Positions 26,271-28,664 of a stretch of 28,664 bases of DNA are shown piece by piece. The position numbers were made by a program, and so were the translations under genes. The stretch is from positions 1-28,664 of IMG/VR virus record IMGVR_UViG_3300032216_000291. One strand, 5' to 3'. Below the pieces are notes generated by a model that saw only the letters and a program-made list of their open reading frames with translations, was not told the DNA's origin and did no database searches. This stretch comes from a virus. Its lineage: Duplodnaviria > Caudoviricetes. Each line of letters begins with the position of its first letter. Position 1 is the first letter of the stretch.

Positions 26271-26654
26271 ATGGCACATTATGCACACATCACAAACGGA
26301 GTAGTTGATAACGTCATTGTTATTGATGCTGAAACATTGGCTACAGGTAACTGGGGTGATCCATCTGAATGGGTTCAAACCTCATACAATACTCAAGGCG
26401 GTGTTCATACCCAAGGCGGTACGCCACTTCACAAAAATTACGCTGGTATTGGTTACACTTGGGACGGCACAGGCTTTGCCCCACCACAGCCTTATCCATC
26501 ATGGACAAAGAATACTGAAACATATCAATGGTCTGCTCCAGTAGCCATGCCATCAGACGCAGGTACAGGCACTCCTCCTAAGATATATATATGGAACGAA
26601 GAAACAGTCAATTGGGTTGAAATGACTCATACAGAAACAAACACTCAGGCATAA
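26271..26654 (+). CDS. tail-fibre-associated protein (possible assembly chaperone)
   Basis: WVQTSYN...KNYAGIGYTWD...FAPPQPYPSW...W-APVAMP...YIWNE pattern seen beside Gly-rich fibre genes. Confidence 0.65.
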   Translation: MAHYAHITNGVVDNVIVIDAETLATGNWGDPSEWVQTSYNTQGGVHTQGGTPLHKNYAGIGYTWDGTGFAPPQPYPSWTKNTETYQWSAPVAMPSDAGTGTPPKIYIWNEETVNWVEMTHTETNTQA

Positions 26655-26657
26655 ATC

Positions 26658-28367
26658 ATGGCTCAATACAGTGGAATGTGGACTCTTAGTCAAGTAAGTC
26701 AGGCGGTTAAAAACCAGACTTGGACGGGTCTTCCTCCGTCTGTAGTTGAGTATTTGATAGTTGCTGGAGGTGGCGGCGGCGGAGCCTCTTCGGGCGTAGG
26801 TAGTGGCGGCGGTGCTGGCGGACTATTACAAGGATTCATGTCGGTAACAGCAGGTACTTCATACACGGTTACTGTAGGTACTGGTGGAACTGGAAGCCCT
26901 ACGAACGGCGTTGATTCTGTATTTAATAACATTACAGCCACGGGCGGCGGCGCAGGTGCAGGTGCTTATGGCGTAGGTAGTAATGGTGGATCAGGCGGAG
27001 GTTCTTGCGCCACTCCATCTTCTTCTGGCGGTCGAAGCGCAGTTGGTATCGGTGTCCCCGGTCAAGGCAATAATGGTGGTGGAGCCGATCAAGTGGGTTA
27101 CCAGCCATCTGGAGGTGGTGGAGGTGCAGGCACTGCTGGTATTGGTTCTGCGGCAAATGGTGGAACAGTATCAGGAAATGGTGGATCAGGCATAGCATCT
27201 AGTATTACAGGTTCAGTTGTTACCTATGCTGGAGGCGGCGGAGGCGGTTTAAACGGCGGTTTTGCTACTGCTGGTATTGGTGGAACAGGTGGGGGCGGCA
27301 ATGGATCAGGTTCTGGAGCCGCAACTGCTGGAGCCGCTAATACTGGCGGTGGAGGAGGAGGTGGTGGATATTCTGCTGGAGCCGCAGGTGGCTCTGGAAT
27401 AGTTGTTGTTCGTTATCTTGGTTCAGTTAAATTTTTTACTGGTGGCACTGTTTCATCTATTGGTGGATACATGATCCACACATTTACATCTAGTGGCACA
27501 TTGGCTCCTGCTACGCCTTCTACTACGGCTTATAGCGCATCTTATTTGGTTGTTGGTGGTGGCGGCGGAAGTTCAGAAATTGGTGGAGGAGGTGGAGGTG
27601 GCGGCTTCTTAACTGGCACAACAGGACTTGTTGCTGGTGTTGTTTACCCTGTGATTGTTGGTCTTGGTGGGTATGGATGTAACGCTAATAATGGTGGCAA
27701 TGGTGGTAATGGTGGTAATTCTGTATTTAATAATGCAATTGCAATTGGCGGTGGCGGTGGTTCTTATTACGGTGGTGATGGACAAACTGGCGGGTCAGGC
27801 GGTGGTAGTGGGCGAACTGGTGGGGCAGTAGGATCAGGATTTCCGAGTCAAGGATATGCTGGCGGTACAGGTTCTTTTGCAAGCAGTATAAGCCTTGCAG
27901 GTGGTGGTGGTGGTGCAGGTGCTGTTGGTGGAAATTGTGTACCTACTACTGGCCCAAGTGGAAGTGGTGGAGTAGGTTTAACAACCACATTGATTACGAC
28001 TTCTCAAGCAACATCAGCAACTGTAGGGCAAGTTGTTTCATCTTCAGTTTATTTTTCTGGAGGTGGTGGAGGTGGTGCGTATAGCGGTTCTGCCTCACCG
28101 GGGTCTGGTGGTTATGGTGGCGGCGGTAATGGAAATAATGGTTTATACACCTCTGGTTATTCTGGGACAGCAAATACTGGAGGCGGTGGAGGCGGTGCTG
28201 GAGGCGGTGGTACTACGGGTATTGGTGGATCTGGTGGCTCAGGTTGTGTAATTGTTTCCGTGCCAAGTGCAAGTTACACAGGAACTTATACAGGATCCCC
28301 CACAGTAGTTACCAATGGATCTAACACGGTTTTGATATTCAAAGCCAACGGAAGTTACACGGCATAA
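26658..28367 (+). CDS. protein with two tandem glycine-rich domains (putative adhesin)
   Basis: VEYLIVAGGG...GSGIVVVRY followed by ASYLVVGGGG...GSGCVIV. Confidence 0.8.
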   Translation: MAQYSGMWTLSQVSQAVKNQTWTGLPPSVVEYLIVAGGGGGGASSGVGSGGGAGGLLQGFMSVTAGTSYTVTVGTGGTGSPTNGVDSVFNNITATGGGAGAGAYGVGSNGGSGGGSCATPSSSGGRSAVGIGVPGQGNNGGGADQVGYQPSGGGGGAGTAGIGSAANGGTVSGNGGSGIASSITGSVVTYAGGGGGGLNGGFATAGIGGTGGGGNGSGSGAATAGAANTGGGGGGGGYSAGAAGGSGIVVVRYLGSVKFFTGGTVSSIGGYMIHTFTSSGTLAPATPSTTAYSASYLVVGGGGGSSEIGGGGGGGGFLTGTTGLVAGVVYPVIVGLGGYGCNANNGGNGGNGGNSVFNNAIAIGGGGGSYYGGDGQTGGSGGGSGRTGGAVGSGFPSQGYAGGTGSFASSISLAGGGGGAGAVGGNCVPTTGPSGSGGVGLTTTLITTSQATSATVGQVVSSSVYFSGGGGGGAYSGSASPGSGGYGGGGNGNNGLYTSGYSGTANTGGGGGGAGGGGTTGIGGSGGSGCVIVSVPSASYTGTYTGSPTVVTNGSNTVLIFKANGSYTA

Positions 28368-28376
28368 GGAGCAGAC

Positions 28377-28664
28377 ATTGATCCTTTCACTCTTGTTGCC
28401 CTTGCATCCTCTGCGTTTAAACTCGTCAAAGAATCATGCGAGATGTACAAAGAGGGGCGGCAATACGTCCTTGATGCCAAGGCTGAAGTTGAAGGTGTAG
28501 TTAAAGATTTGAAGGGTGTCCAAGCGGATGCCAAGGGAGTGTGGGGTTTCTTAACGGGTCTTTTTGGTGGCAAGAAAGAAGCAATTCAACAAAAATCTGT
28601 TGAAAAGCCCGTTAAAAAGGTAAAAGCCAAGGCTCCTGAGTTTGATGAGAATCAGATTTATGCC
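28377..28664 (+). CDS. hypothetical protein with an apparent ATT start (3' truncated)
   Basis: Not in the ORF track. AAGGAG, 5 nt, then ATT GAT CCT TTC...; open for 96 codons to the edge: (M)DPFTLVALASSAFKLVKESCEMYKEGRQY... Confidence 0.6.
   Translation, partial: MDPFTLVALASSAFKLVKESCEMYKEGRQYVLDAKAEVEGVVKDLKGVQADAKGVWGFLTGLFGGKKEAIQQKSVEKPVKKVKAKAPEFDENQIYA

Larger units (their letters stand above)
1464..28422. repeat. dispersed 8-bp palindrome GTTTAAAC (20 perfect copies)
   Basis: Starts at 1464, 3416, 3473, 3656, 4344, 5023, 6914, 9552, 10020, 10510, 13189, 14611, 18042, 18365, 19217, 19438, 22370, 26263, 27247 and 28415 (manual scan). Confidence 0.9.

Noticed and set aside
22333-28367. 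Diversity-generating retroelement acting on the adhesin genes
   Set aside because: No reverse transcriptase in the window and no ~100-bp repeat pair differing only at adenines; the similarity is at paralog level.
1-28664. Stop-codon recoding, introns/inteins, tRNA, integrase
   Set aside because: Genes are full length under code 11 with TAA, TGA and TAG all used as stops, TerL and MCP look uninterrupted, and I recognised no cloverleaf or recombinase.

Overview
A 28.7 kb segment of a tailed dsDNA phage genome (Caudoviricetes). It is podovirus-like: P22-type portal, Mu-gpT-like major capsid protein, and no tape measure or sheath in the window. Layout: (1) a leftward, relatively GC-rich 'early' arm (1-2796) with a SprT-like zinc protease, a MoxR/CobS-type AAA+ ATPase and a CobT-like HExxH partner cut off by the window edge; (2) a ~930 bp divergent non-coding control region (2797-3731) with a hairpin-rich leader, an AT-rich tract, four DnaA boxes, two sets of 11-bp-phased triple repeats and promoter candidates; (3) a rightward packaging/structural operon: TerS, a C/A-skewed spacer, small genes including a LexA DNA-binding-domain-only protein, TerL, portal, GroES-like co-chaperonin, scaffold, MCP, a likely Mu-gpT-DE RNA, small basic proteins, adaptors, tail proteins and four Gly-rich/LamG adhesin-like genes. 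The most unusual signals are 20 perfect copies of the palindrome GTTTAAAC (fewer than 1 expected), often at gene junctions or RBS spacers, alongside apparent avoidance of AGCT, GCWGC and CGCG; an alphaproteobacterial-type LexA domain paired with a GAAC-N7-GAAC-N7-GAAC array abutting the terS promoter; and an oriC-like DnaA-box cluster. All product calls come from motif recognition by eye, not database searches.
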